The notes under the pieces are model-generated. The model saw nothing but the letters and a program-made list of their open reading frames with translations. It made no database searches and had not been told where the DNA came from. From positions 131,150-195,149 of the forward strand of contig CAWDOL010000006.1 of assembly GCA_963803915.1 (NCBI GenBank): a stretch of 64,000 nt of DNA, in the 5' to 3' direction. This document shows, in pieces, positions 9,617-18,369 of this stretch (position 1 is its first letter; each line of letters opens with the position of its first letter). The stretch is from Candidatus Aminicenantes bacterium. Its GTDB lineage: Bacteria; Acidobacteriota; Aminicenantia; Aminicenantales; UBA4085. A program made the translations under genes and the position numbers.

Positions 9617-10798
9617 GTGATCAAAGCCAGGCCGGAAGACTTTATCGTCGAGGAGAAGGCCGATCTGCCGCTCGTCCCGTCCGGGCCCTACCGCGTCTAT
9701 CTCCTGAGCAAGATCGGCTGGACGACCACCGACCTCCTGCGCCGGCTGGCGCGCCAGTTCGGCGTCTCGCCCGCCGCCGTCGCCTACGGCGGCAAGAAGG
9801 ACAAGCACGGCCGGACCTCCCAGTTCATCACCATCCGCGACGGCCGCAATTTCAGCCGCGAAGAGGACGACTTCCGGCTCGAGGCCCGCGGCTTCCTGGC
9901 CAGGCCCATGGGCCCCGACCTGCTCCGGGGCAATGCTTTCCGGATCGTGGTGCGTAATCTGGTCGAAACGGCCTCCGCCGAACGGGCCCTGGCCGAAGCC
10001 GCGCGCTCGGGAGTGCCCAACTACTTCGACGATCAGCGGTTCCGGAGCTACGACCCCGAGCGCGGCTTCTTCGCCGAGAAGATCCTGCATCGGCATTGGA
10101 ACGGAGCCCTGCAGGTCTTCCTGACGTCCACGGCGCCCGGTATGTACGGGCCCGAGAAGATCCGGCGCCGCGAGCTCTTCGAGCGCTGGAAGGACTGGCC
10201 GGCCTGCCTCGAGCTGGCCCATGGCCGGGAGGAGAAGGAGATCTTCGAGCTCCTGGTCGCCCAGCCCAAGGACCAGGTCCGGGCCCTGCACAAGCTGCCG
10301 CAGGAGGAGATTGCGATGCGCTACTCCTCGTTCCAGTCCCACCTCTGGAACGAGCTCCTGCGCGCCGTCGTGCGGAATACGGTCGGCGGGCCGGCGGCGG
10401 TGCCGGGGATCGAGGGCGATTATCTGTACTGGACGGGAGCGCAGGCCCCGGCCGCCGCTCCGCTCCTCCTCCTCGACCTGCCGACCTGCGCCGCGCGCAT
10501 GACCTTCCCCGACGACCGGACGCGCGACCTCTTCGCCGGCATACTCGCGAGCCGCGGGCTGAAGCTCGGCGACTTCCGCACCCGGGCCCTGCAGCGCGTC
10601 TACTTCAAGTCCTTCCCCAGAGCGGCGGCCGTCAAGCCCGAGCGGCCGGTCATCCTCGAGCGGGCGGACGACGAGCTTCATCCCGGCCGCAAGCGACTGA
10701 CGCTGTCGTTCCTTCTTCCCCGCGGGTCGTATGCCACCATCCTGATCAAGCGGCTAAGCCTCGACGAGGCTCAAGGTACCGTTCCGACGAATCCCTGA
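9617..10798 (+). CDS. truD: tRNA pseudouridine(13) synthase TruD
   Basis: Intact 393-aa ORF (GTG start). It carries PEDFIVEE, GGKKDKHGRTSQ (catalytic-Asp GxKD motif), NYFDDQRF and the family-typical length. TATAAT at 9605-9610 lies 6 nt upstream of the start. Confidence 0.85.
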   Translation: MIKARPEDFIVEEKADLPLVPSGPYRVYLLSKIGWTTTDLLRRLARQFGVSPAAVAYGGKKDKHGRTSQFITIRDGRNFSREEDDFRLEARGFLARPMGPDLLRGNAFRIVVRNLVETASAERALAEAARSGVPNYFDDQRFRSYDPERGFFAEKILHRHWNGALQVFLTSTAPGMYGPEKIRRRELFERWKDWPACLELAHGREEKEIFELLVAQPKDQVRALHKLPQEEIAMRYSSFQSHLWNELLRAVVRNTVGGPAAVPGIEGDYLYWTGAQAPAAAPLLLLDLPTCAARMTFPDDRTRDLFAGILASRGLKLGDFRTRALQRVYFKSFPRAAAVKPERPVILERADDELHPGRKRLTLSFLLPRGSYATILIKRLSLDEAQGTVPTNP

Positions 10799-10938
10799 TC
10801 CCCTCATCCGGGTCCGGACCATCGGCCGCATGCCGCGTCCAAAGGCCGGCGCCGGGCCGGCGTCGGGCTTGCGCCCGGCCCGGACTTCGGCGATCATAGG
10901 CCCTTCGAAATCCCCGGTCCATGCCTCGCGAGGTGGTC

Positions 10939-12417
10939 ATGAAGAAGACGATCCTGATCGCGGCGGCTCTGTTCATCTCAGCGGCCTTCGTTTCTTCCCA
11001 GGCGCCGACGCCCTACGAAGCCCGCTTCACCGACAAGGCGCTGCGCCTGGACCTCTACCAGGTCGGCGACGCCGCGGGCGAGACGCTGACCATCGATGCC
11101 GTCTACGAGGAGCCGCTCTGGCCCGAGACCCGGACCCGGCTGGTCGACCCGTTCGGCTACGGCCGCTACGTCCTCAAGGTCTACGACATCGCCTCGAACG
11201 CCCTGATCTACTCGCGCGGCTTCGACACCATGTTCGCCGAGTACAAGACCACGACCCCGGCCATCGAGGGGGCCAAGCGCGTCTTCCAACGAAGCCTGCG
11301 CATCCCCGAGCCCCGGCGCCCGGTGTTGTTCGTGATCGAGGCCCGGGACAAGAAAAACATCCTCCACCCGGTCTTCCAGAAGATGATCGATCCGGCCGAC
11401 TACCACATCATCCGCGAGCCGGCTGCGGCCGGCGACTGGATCTACGAGCCGGTCAGGGCGGGGGACCCGCGGACTTCGCTGGACTTCGTCTTCCTGGCCG
11501 AGGGCTATGCGTCCTCGGGCCGGGACAAGTTCAAGGCCGATGTGGACCGAATGACCAAGGCCCTCTTCGACACGGAGCCGTACAAAAGCTCCCGCGGCCG
11601 GATCAGCATCCGGGCCGTCTTCCGGCCCTCGCCCGAGAAATTCCCCGACGAGCCCCGCCAGCGGGCCTACCGCAAGACCGCGCTGGGCGCCTCGTTCAAC
11701 GCCTTCGACCTGGACCGCTATATGCTCATCGAGAAGGACCACTTGATGCACGAGATCGCCGCCCAGGTCCCCTATGACGCCATCGTCGTGCTCGTCGACA
11801 GCCCCCGCTACGGCGGGGGCTCGATCGCCTTCGACTATTGCATCACCACGGTCGACCATGCCCGCAGCCAGGAGGTCTTCCTGCACGAGCTCGGCCACTC
11901 CTTCGCCGGGCTGGCCGACGAATATTACACGAGCGAAGTCGCCTACAACGACTTCTACCCCAAGGGCGTGGAGCCGTTCGAGCCCAACATCACCGCCCTT
12001 CTCGACCCCGCCGACGTCAAGTGGAAAGACCTCATCACGCCCGGGATCGCCGTCCCGACCGAGTACGGCAAGGAGGCCCAGGAGGCCATCCAGGCCGAGC
12101 GCGCGGCGCGACGCAAGGCCGTGGCCGAGGAGATGGCCGCGGCCAAAGCCAAGGGGGCCGACGCGTCCGCGGTCAAGGCCATCCAGGACAAGGCGGCCGC
12201 CGCCGACAAGGAGTCGCAGGCCAAGGCCGAGGCCATTCGCAAAAAATACGCGGCGCTGTCCGACAAAGTCGGCGTCTTCGAGGGCGCCGGGTACGCGGCC
12301 AAGGGCCTCTACCGCTCGCAGATGGTCTGCATCATGATCGGCAACCCGAAGATGGAGTTCTGCGCCGTCTGCCGGCGGGCGATCGGGGCCATGATCGACT
12401 ACTATGCGGGGAAGTGA
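10939..12417 (+). CDS. M64-family (IgA-peptidase-like) zinc metallopeptidase, secreted
   Basis: GAGGTGG RBS and a signal peptide (MKKTILIAAALFISAAFVSSQA). HELGHSFAGLADEY contains the HExxH zinc site. The layout matches Peptidase_M64, and there is an Ala/Lys-rich insertion near the C-terminus. Confidence 0.75.
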   Translation: MKKTILIAAALFISAAFVSSQAPTPYEARFTDKALRLDLYQVGDAAGETLTIDAVYEEPLWPETRTRLVDPFGYGRYVLKVYDIASNALIYSRGFDTMFAEYKTTTPAIEGAKRVFQRSLRIPEPRRPVLFVIEARDKKNILHPVFQKMIDPADYHIIREPAAAGDWIYEPVRAGDPRTSLDFVFLAEGYASSGRDKFKADVDRMTKALFDTEPYKSSRGRISIRAVFRPSPEKFPDEPRQRAYRKTALGASFNAFDLDRYMLIEKDHLMHEIAAQVPYDAIVVLVDSPRYGGGSIAFDYCITTVDHARSQEVFLHELGHSFAGLADEYYTSEVAYNDFYPKGVEPFEPNITALLDPADVKWKDLITPGIAVPTEYGKEAQEAIQAERAARRKAVAEEMAAAKAKGADASAVKAIQDKAAAADKESQAKAEAIRKKYAALSDKVGVFEGAGYAAKGLYRSQMVCIMIGNPKMEFCAVCRRAIGAMIDYYAGK

Positions 12418-12420
12418 GCC

Positions 12421-12762
12421 ATGAACGCCCGGATGTGGTGGAAAGAGATCCCGGCCGCCGTCACGGTCTGCGACCGCGAGGGCACCATCCTGGAGATGAA
12501 CGAGAAAGCCCTGCAGGTCTTCGCCGTGGACGGCGGTGCGGCCCTGATCGGTACGAACGTCCTCGATTGCCACCCCGAACCCTCCCGAACCAAGCTGCGG
12601 GGCATGCTGGCTGAGGGCCAGGCCAATGTCTACACCATCGAGAAGCACGGGGTAAAAAAGCTCATCTATCAAGCCCCATGGTTCGAGGCCGGGGCGTACG
12701 CGGGCTTCGTCGAGCTGTCGCTCGAAGTGCCCTTTACCATGCCGCACTTCGTGCGCGGCTAG
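12421..12762 (+). CDS. single PAS-domain protein
   Basis: 113-aa ORF starting 4 nt after the M64 stop. VTVCDREGTILEMNEKALQVFA...LIGTNVLDCHPE...VYTIEKHGVKKLIYQAPW fits a PAS fold pattern. Confidence 0.55.
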   Translation: MNARMWWKEIPAAVTVCDREGTILEMNEKALQVFAVDGGAALIGTNVLDCHPEPSRTKLRGMLAEGQANVYTIEKHGVKKLIYQAPWFEAGAYAGFVELSLEVPFTMPHFVRG

Positions 12763-12857
12763 CAAGAACCGTGGCGGAGCGGTCCTGCGGCCGGGCCGTG
12801 CGAAGGCGCGCTTGATTTCCCGCCCCCAACCCCCTATGATAAATCGCGCTTCGCGGC

Positions 12858-12931
12858 GCGCCCGTAGCTCAGCTGGATAGAGCATTTGGCTTCGAACCAA
12901 AGGGTCGGGAGTTCGAATCTCTCCGGGCGCG
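12858..12931 (+). tRNA. tRNA-Arg (anticodon UCG)
   Basis: Cloverleaf read by eye: acceptor GCGCCCG/CGGGCGC, D-arm GCTC-AGCTGGATA-GAGC, anticodon arm TTTGG-CTTCGAA-CCAAA, T-arm GGGAG-TTCGAAT-CTCTC. 74 nt, no encoded CCA. Confidence 0.9.
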
Positions 12932-13310
12932 CTCTTTAATCCCGCCCTAACGGCTATGCAAATCTGTGTCTTAGCCGTTCTCCGGCTGGCGGAAAAGGAA
13001 ATTCTTATCCTTCCGGCTCAGGGATCGTTCGGGCCCGGCCGAGGCGGTCGTCCCTTCGAAAGAGATTATCGGGAGGAACGAATCGGTCGCTGCCCTGGCC
13101 GATAAAGGCGAGTTCGAAAGCTGGCCATTTTTTCCTATAGTCATGGCTAGGGGGACTTCCCACTATTGCCAAACGGAGATTCCCGGCATTAAAATGAAGT
13201 CGGGAATCCAAAGTCAGAGAAGCGGGCCCAAAAGCCGGAAAGCCTTTGGCCGCTCATGCCCATCGCCGTCCCTATGTAACTTCGATATCGCAAGGGCGAG
13301 AGGAGGATCA

Positions 13311-13955
13311 ATGGGCAGATGGTGGGATATTCTTCTGATGATCATCGGGATCGCCGTCCTGATCGTGGTCGCCCTAAGCCCGGAGATCGGATTCCGCTAT
13401 GGGGTGATCGGTTACCTCGGCTCACTGGCCTTGATCGGATTCGGACTCAAGGCCATCATCGACAGTACCCGGGAAAAGAGGGACCGGAAACGGGAGATCC
13501 CCGACGCCCCCGCCGTCGAGATTTTCTACCAAAACACCAAGCAGGCCTGGATGGACGATAGGCTCAGGGACCTGGGGCCGGTCTTCAAGCTCGAAGGCCT
13601 CTCGAATTCCATCAAGCAGCTCAAGACGGCTTACCTGCCCCATGAGGGTAGCGCCCTGAGCGTCTTCTTCGCGCGGTTCAACCCCCAACCGGACGAATAC
13701 CTGATCACCATGTCCCAGGGCCCAAGCCAGGCGGAGAACGCCTGGTTTGTCCTGACCAACAAAAGGCTGGTCCAGAAGAACGGGGAAACGAACGAGTACT
13801 CGGACTTCCCTTTGCCGGACATCGCCGAGTACGCCATCGACAAGGCCAAGGCCGAGCTGAGCCTGAAGACCCGCTCCGGGGAGACGGTCGTCTTGAAGCA
13901 AGTCTCCGGCTTCCCCATGAAGAAGCATGTCGACGCCTTGATCGCGGCCAAATAG
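13311..13955 (+). CDS. hypothetical membrane protein with C-terminal bacterial PH-like domain
   Basis: GAGAGGAGG RBS. Two N-terminal TM helices (WWDILLMIIGIAVLIVVAL, VIGYLGSLALIGFGL). The C-terminal WFVLTNKRLVQKNGETNEY...LSLKTRSGETVVLKQV resembles bPH/YokE-type domains. Confidence 0.5.
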   Translation: MGRWWDILLMIIGIAVLIVVALSPEIGFRYGVIGYLGSLALIGFGLKAIIDSTREKRDRKREIPDAPAVEIFYQNTKQAWMDDRLRDLGPVFKLEGLSNSIKQLKTAYLPHEGSALSVFFARFNPQPDEYLITMSQGPSQAENAWFVLTNKRLVQKNGETNEYSDFPLPDIAEYAIDKAKAELSLKTRSGETVVLKQVSGFPMKKHVDALIAAK

Positions 13956-13965
13956 GAGGCATCCA

Positions 13966-14400
13966 ATGGAAGGCATGATCGTGATCCTTGGGATTTTCGC
14001 AGTCCTGTTCGCTGTCTTCGGCATCATCCTGATGATCAGGAACGCAGCCAACGCCGGCAGGCTGAAGAAAGCGAAGGCGCTGCTGGAGGCGGGAGAGAAG
14101 GGCCCGGCGGTCGAATTGTTCCTGAAATGCCTCAGGTTCCAGCTGGGCAGCCCCAAGGCGACCGAAACGCTCGAGCAGATCCTCACCGTCTACCGAAGCG
14201 GCGGCCGGGGGGAGGCCGAAGTGGACAGGATCAGGGCCGTCTATGCGCAGCTCCATGACGAGCTGAAAAGGGACCTGAAGGAGCTGGAGGGGAAGAAGAT
14301 GAAGGGGAACAAGAAGATCGACGCTACGGCCCTGCTGGACAAGGAATACAAGGTCCGCTTCGACAAGGAGTTCCTGATCCTCCTGCCGAAGATCGAATAG
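13966..14400 (+). CDS. hypothetical single-pass membrane protein
   Basis: 144-aa ORF 10 nt after the previous stop. N-terminal TM (MIVILGIFAVLFAVFGIILMI) followed by a charged helical region. I recognise no motif. Confidence 0.45.
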   Translation: MEGMIVILGIFAVLFAVFGIILMIRNAANAGRLKKAKALLEAGEKGPAVELFLKCLRFQLGSPKATETLEQILTVYRSGGRGEAEVDRIRAVYAQLHDELKRDLKELEGKKMKGNKKIDATALLDKEYKVRFDKEFLILLPKIE

Positions 14401-14566
14401 TCCGCCGGCGCGGCGCCGGTCACCGAAAGCGTCCGCCGAAACAAACGACCGCGCGGGCGGCCGCGCTCGCCTTCGATTTACGGAGAGCGTCCGGGCAACC
14501 GGATGATGCCTTCTTTGCCCATGCGGGGCTCCTGTTTCGCCGCCTCTTTTTCATGGGCCAAGCCGT

Positions 14567-14582
14567 TGGCACGAATACGGCA
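14567..14582 (+). promoter_or_regulatory. candidate sigma54 (-24/-12) promoter
   Basis: TGGCACGAATACGGCA fits TGGCAC-N5-xxGCA (GG and GC spaced correctly). It lies 92 nt upstream of the OmpA-like gene ATG. A sigma54-dependent activator is encoded 4 kb downstream. Confidence 0.35.
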
Positions 14583-14673
14583 CTACCTGGAGAGGCGACT
14601 CCCCGTCATCGCGTCCCTCAACGAAGGGGCGCTGGTGCAAAAGGTGGAGCGCCGCACGAGAAAGGAGAGCCTC

Positions 14674-15342
14674 ATGAAAAGAGCTCTGACGGCGGGAGTG
14701 TTGTTGGTTTTTCTGTTGACGGCTGTCAATTGCGCCTCATGGAACAAGACCACCGGGGGAGCCGTGATCGGCGGCGCCGGCGGCGCCGTCGTCGGCGGCC
14801 TGATCGGCCGTGCCGCGGGGAATACCCTGCTGGGCGCGATCATCGGAGCAGCCGTCGGGGGAGTGGCCGGCGGGTTCATTGGGGCCTATATGGACCGGCA
14901 GGCGGCCGAGCTGCAGCGGGACCTGGCCGGGGCCGAGATCCAACGCATCGGGGAGGGCATCAAGATCACCTTTGACAGCGGGATCCTCTTCGATATCGAC
15001 AAGTCGGACCTGCGCGAAGTCAGCCGGACCAACCTGACGACGTTGGCCACGATCCTCAACAAATACCCCGACACCAACATCCTGATCGAGGGGCACACGG
15101 ACGACACCGGCACGGACGACCATAACATGGGGCTTTCGAAGAACCGCGCCCAGACGGTAGCCTCCCATCTGGCGGCCGCTACGGTGACGTCGTCGCGGTT
15201 CTCGATCGTCGGCTACGGCGAAGCCCAGCCCATCGTGTCCAACGACTCGGATGAGGGCCGGCAGAAGAACCGCCGGGTGGACATCGCCATCATGGCCAAC
15301 GACAAGCTGAAGAAGGCCGCGCTGGAGAAAGCCAAGGGCTGA
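14674..15342 (+). CDS. OmpA-family lipoprotein with glycine-zipper region
   Basis: GAAAGGAG RBS. Lipobox-like LLTAVNC. Gly-zipper GGAVIGGAGGAVVGGLIGRAAGNTLLGAIIGAAVGGVAGGFIGA. OmpA_C motifs are present: FDIDKSDL, NILIEGHTDDTGTDDHNMGLSKNRAQ, NRRVDI. Confidence 0.85.
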   Translation: MKRALTAGVLLVFLLTAVNCASWNKTTGGAVIGGAGGAVVGGLIGRAAGNTLLGAIIGAAVGGVAGGFIGAYMDRQAAELQRDLAGAEIQRIGEGIKITFDSGILFDIDKSDLREVSRTNLTTLATILNKYPDTNILIEGHTDDTGTDDHNMGLSKNRAQTVASHLAAATVTSSRFSIVGYGEAQPIVSNDSDEGRQKNRRVDIAIMANDKLKKAALEKAKG

Positions 15343-15370
15343 TCCGGTCCCGGGACCGAGTGAGTACATC

Positions 15371-15616
15371 ATGGATATTCTGTGGACGATCGTGATCGGT
15401 TGCGTGGTCGGGCTTATCGCCAGGGCGATCATGCCGGGGCGGGACACGGCCGGCCTGATCCTGACCATTCTGCTGGGAGTGGCGGGGGCCTTCCTTGCGG
15501 GCTACCTGGGGCAGCAGTTCGGCTGGTACCAGAAGGGAGAGCCGGCCGGGTTCATCGGCGCGATTCTCGGGGCCATGCTGATCCTGGCCGTCTTCCGGTT
15601 GATCCGGAGGAGATAA
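15371..15616 (+). CDS. GlsB/YeaQ/YmgE-family (transglycosylase-associated) stress membrane protein
   Basis: 81 aa: MDILWTIVIGCVVGLIARAIMPGRDTAGLILTILLGVAGAFLAGYLGQQFGWY...GFIGAILGAMLILAVFRLI. This is the characteristic family pattern. Confidence 0.8.
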   Translation: MDILWTIVIGCVVGLIARAIMPGRDTAGLILTILLGVAGAFLAGYLGQQFGWYQKGEPAGFIGAILGAMLILAVFRLIRRR

Positions 15617-15896
15617 GAGCGGCCGGCATGCTGCGGAATAGGAACAATCCTGTTTCTTAGGACGAATCTCGAAAAGGACGTCGAACGAAGTGAGCCCGCC
15701 GACGAGGCATCGTCGCGCCGCCGGGCCGGCAGCCGTTGCCATGGTCCGGGCCGGGGCTTTGGGCCCATCGATCAGAGAGCCCATGCGCATGGCATGAATC
15801 GTGCAATGGTATCAAGTGATCCTCGCGGAACCAGCCGGCCGTACTGAACCGTTCCGGCGGAATCCGTCGAGAGCTTAAAAAGGAAAGGAGTCCGAT

Positions 15897-16043
15897 ATGC
15901 TCGAAACGATCCTGATCATTCTCGTGGTCCTGTGGGCGCTGGGGCTTTTCGCCTTCCACGCCGGAGGGGTCATCCATGTGCTTCTGGTCATCGCGGTGAT
16001 CATCCTGATCATCCGCCTGTTGCAAGGCCGCCGAGTCCTCTAG
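15897..16043 (+). CDS. lmo0937-family small membrane protein (48 aa)
   Basis: Below the ORF-track size cutoff. AAAGGAG RBS, then MLETILIILVVLWALGLFAFHAGGVIHVLLVIAVIILIIRLLQGRRVL, stop TAG at 16041-16043. Confidence 0.65.
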   Translation: MLETILIILVVLWALGLFAFHAGGVIHVLLVIAVIILIIRLLQGRRVL

Positions 16044-16059
16044 TCGGGACTGCGTCGCC

Positions 16060-17100
16060 ATGGTCGCAACGAAGGTCCGGGCCGGAGGACGAATCGGGGC
16101 TTTCCTCGCCGTCCTGGGATTGCTCACACCCGGGCTCTATTCGGCTCAAGTCTTCAAGTACCCCAAAAACAGGCCCGAACGGGGGCATCTGATCCAGACC
16201 GTCCCCTTCGAAAAGTGGCTCGAGAGGAACTTCTGCGGCCCGGCCTGCCTGTCGATGGTCCTCAACTACTGGGACGAGGCGCGCTCGTTCAGCCAGCAGG
16301 GCATCGCGGCGGACATCTATGACTCCGCGAGCCAGGCGACCTACAACTCCGAGCTGGTCTTCTATCCGCGGAGCAAGGGCTTCGGAAGCTACTCCGGTCA
16401 GGGGAGTCTGCTCCTCCTCAAGGACGTGGTCGCACGGGGCATCCCGGTGATCGTCCTGACCAAGGCCATTAAGCAGATCGACAAGGGCCACTACCGGGTG
16501 GTCATCGGATTCGACGAGGACGAAGATCAGATCATCTTCAACGACCCCTATTTCGGGGATCGGATGGCCATGACCTCCCGGAATTTCCTGAAGGTCTGGG
16601 ATCTGGGGGAGGGCCGCAACCAGGCCCGCTGGATGATGGCCGTAATTCCCGGCCGGACCGAGCTCCCCATCCCCGCCCTGCGCGACGACCCTCTGACGCT
16701 CATCAATCTGGCCACGGCGCATTACCGCAGGTCGGATTTCGCGAAATCGAGGGAACAGTGGACGCTCGTACGGGAGGCCCTCGGCCGGGATCCCTTTCCC
16801 CTGACCAGCCTGGCCATGATCAGCCTTCGCGAAGGCAAGCCCGAGGCGGCCGAAGCCGAAGCCTTGGAGGCCCTGCGCTTGGACGGAGAGAGCGCCTTCG
16901 CCCATGACGTCCTCGGCCTGGCCTATGCCCGGCAAGGCCGGATTCTCCCGGCCTACCAATCCTTGGCCCGGGCCGTCCGGTTGGCCCCCAAGGAAGCGTT
17001 TATTCGTGAGCATTATCTACAAGTTCGGGCCCTCTATATCGAGGCTTCCCGGCTTGAATCCGTTCCAAAGAAGGAGACGTCGAATGAGAAGCAAGGTTAA
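16060..17100 (+). CDS. C39-like (papain-fold) cysteine peptidase domain protein with C-terminal TPR repeats, secreted
   Basis: Signal peptide (GAFLAVLGLLTPGLYSAQ). Catalytic-Cys context NFCGPACLSMVLNYWD and His context GHYRVVIGFDEDEDQIIFNDPY, as in Peptidase_C39_2. TPR-like helices span residues 210-330. Confidence 0.75.
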   Translation: MVATKVRAGGRIGAFLAVLGLLTPGLYSAQVFKYPKNRPERGHLIQTVPFEKWLERNFCGPACLSMVLNYWDEARSFSQQGIAADIYDSASQATYNSELVFYPRSKGFGSYSGQGSLLLLKDVVARGIPVIVLTKAIKQIDKGHYRVVIGFDEDEDQIIFNDPYFGDRMAMTSRNFLKVWDLGEGRNQARWMMAVIPGRTELPIPALRDDPLTLINLATAHYRRSDFAKSREQWTLVREALGRDPFPLTSLAMISLREGKPEAAEAEALEALRLDGESAFAHDVLGLAYARQGRILPAYQSLARAVRLAPKEAFIREHYLQVRALYIEASRLESVPKKETSNEKQG

Positions 17101-17317
17101 GCTCGTCGGAGTCGTGCTGCTGCTCCTCTGTTGCACCTCGCTGGCTGTCGCGCAGAAGCCGGCCGTGCAGCAGGCGGGTAGTTCGGCTCAGCTGGTGATC
17201 GGTGCTCAGGACGTGATCACGGCATCCGATGCCGGGGGAGGCTATCTCACGACACGGGATATCGTCCTCATCTGCGTCATCATCCTGGCCGTGATCGGCC
17301 TGGGCGTCCTCCTGTAG
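17084..17317 (+). CDS. 77-aa secreted or anchored peptide, paralog 1
   Basis: AAGGAG RBS 7 nt upstream; overlaps the peptidase gene end by 17 nt. MRSKVKLVGVVLLLLCCTSLAVAQ|KPAVQQAGSSAQLVIGAQDVITASDAGGGYLTTRDIVLICVIILAVIGLGVLL. It is ~65% identical to 17435-17668, with many synonymous differences. Confidence 0.7.
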   Translation: MRSKVKLVGVVLLLLCCTSLAVAQKPAVQQAGSSAQLVIGAQDVITASDAGGGYLTTRDIVLICVIILAVIGLGVLL

Positions 17318-17434
17318 TCCGGACGGGAGGGTCAAGTCGGAGGCCGGAAGGCCGGGGACGTGCCCGTGGCTTGCCCGGCCCTCCGGCCCGCCCCGGACAG
17401 GTGTTGATCCGCAAATTTAAACTGGAGAAAGTCA

Positions 17435-17668
17435 ATGAAAAAATGGGTGAAGATCGCCAGCGTCTTTTTGATGGTCGCATGGTTCGCCTCGTTCGCCGCC
17501 GCCCAAGTCCCGACGGTCCAGCCGGCGGGGGCCGCGTCTCAGCTCGTCCTCGGCGCCCAGGACGTGATTACCGCGTCCGATGCCGGGGGAGGCTATCTGA
17601 CGACGGGGGATATTCTGCTCGTCGTTCTCATCCTCCTGGCGTTGATCGGCCTGGGCGTCCTTCTGTAG
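17435..17668 (+). CDS. 77-aa secreted or anchored peptide, paralog 2
   Basis: GGAGAAAG RBS. MKKWVKIASVFLMVAWFASFAAAQ|VPTVQPAGAASQLVLGAQDVITASDAGGGYLTTGDILLVVLILLALIGLGVLL. It has the same length and block structure as paralog 1. Confidence 0.7.
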   Translation: MKKWVKIASVFLMVAWFASFAAAQVPTVQPAGAASQLVLGAQDVITASDAGGGYLTTGDILLVVLILLALIGLGVLL

Positions 17669-17672
17669 TCAC

Positions 17673-17942
17673 ATGAGCCCGACAGAGAAGGCCCGGGCCG
17701 TGTCCCCGGGCCCGGCCAAGGCGAAGCCCCCGACGGCAGCGCCGGCGTCGGGTCCGGCCATGAAGGATTGGGTATCCCCCGTGATCGGGGGCGCCGCGCT
17801 CCTCGTCGCGGGCTTGGCGCTCGCTATCCGTCGCCCGCTTGGCGGTGGCCTGGGATTTTCGCGGAACCCGTTCCCCGCCGACCGGCGTGGCTGGGCGGTC
17901 TACTTTTTCAGGGGCAAGAAGGGAAAGCGAACGGACAAATAG
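17673..17942 (+). CDS. hypothetical small membrane protein (start uncertain)
   Basis: ORF with one TM (VIGGAALLVAGLALAI) after a Pro/Ala-rich N-terminus. An internal ATG at 17760 is an alternative start. I see no homology. Confidence 0.3.
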   Translation: MSPTEKARAVSPGPAKAKPPTAAPASGPAMKDWVSPVIGGAALLVAGLALAIRRPLGGGLGFSRNPFPADRRGWAVYFFRGKKGKRTDK

Positions 17943-17999
17943 GACGAATCGGCGTGCGGCTCCGGCGAAGGATCCGTCGCATCGAAGGAGGAGAGAATC

Positions 18000-18212
18000 A
18001 TGAAGCTTGTCGGGATCATCCTTATCATTGCGGGCGTTTTGGCTCTGGTTTACGGGGGAATCCAGTACACATCCAGGGATAAAGTGGTTGACCTGGGGCC
18101 TCTGCAGGTATCGGCGGACCAAAAGCATAATATCCCCCTGCCTCCCATCGTGGGCGGCCTCGCCCTCATCGCGGGTATCGTGCTGGTTGTAGCCGACCGC
18201 AGAAGGTCCTGA
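18000..18212 (+). CDS. small two-TM membrane protein (DUF3185-like)
   Basis: GAAGGAGGAG RBS. MKLVGIILIIAGVLALVYGGIQYTSRDKVVDLGPLQVSADQKHNIPLPPIVGGLALIAGIVLVV. Confidence 0.55.
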   Translation: MKLVGIILIIAGVLALVYGGIQYTSRDKVVDLGPLQVSADQKHNIPLPPIVGGLALIAGIVLVVADRRRS

Positions 18213-18369
18213 GGAGATCGAATCCCCGCCTCTATCGCCGTGGACTATCGGGAGAACGCCTCCTTTGGGCTATAAACAGGGATTTATTCGGAATCCGGAC
18301 AGGGTGGGGGTATTGACGAGCCCGTCCCGATTCTCTAAAATTGACTTAATCGGAAGGGTACGCAGTCCC

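Noticed and set aside
10978-12900. 640-aa ORF on the minus strand opposite the M64 peptidase and PAS genes, running into the tRNA
   Set aside because: This is a typical high-GC antisense shadow ORF. Its composition is Arg/Gly/Pro/Asp-rich and low-complexity, and it has no RBS. The plus-strand partner has HExxH and clear family text. The same reasoning rejects 41068-43569, 38510-39823, 16009-17013, 18382-19611, 9359-10681, 51657-52844, 57803-58972, 60565-61662 and similar ORFs.
12932-14400. Lower-GC stretch and two hypothetical genes after tRNA-Arg as an integrated island
   Set aside because: There is no integrase, no direct repeat of the tRNA 3' end and no mobility genes. The 8-bp hairpin at ~12948-12978 is insufficient evidence.
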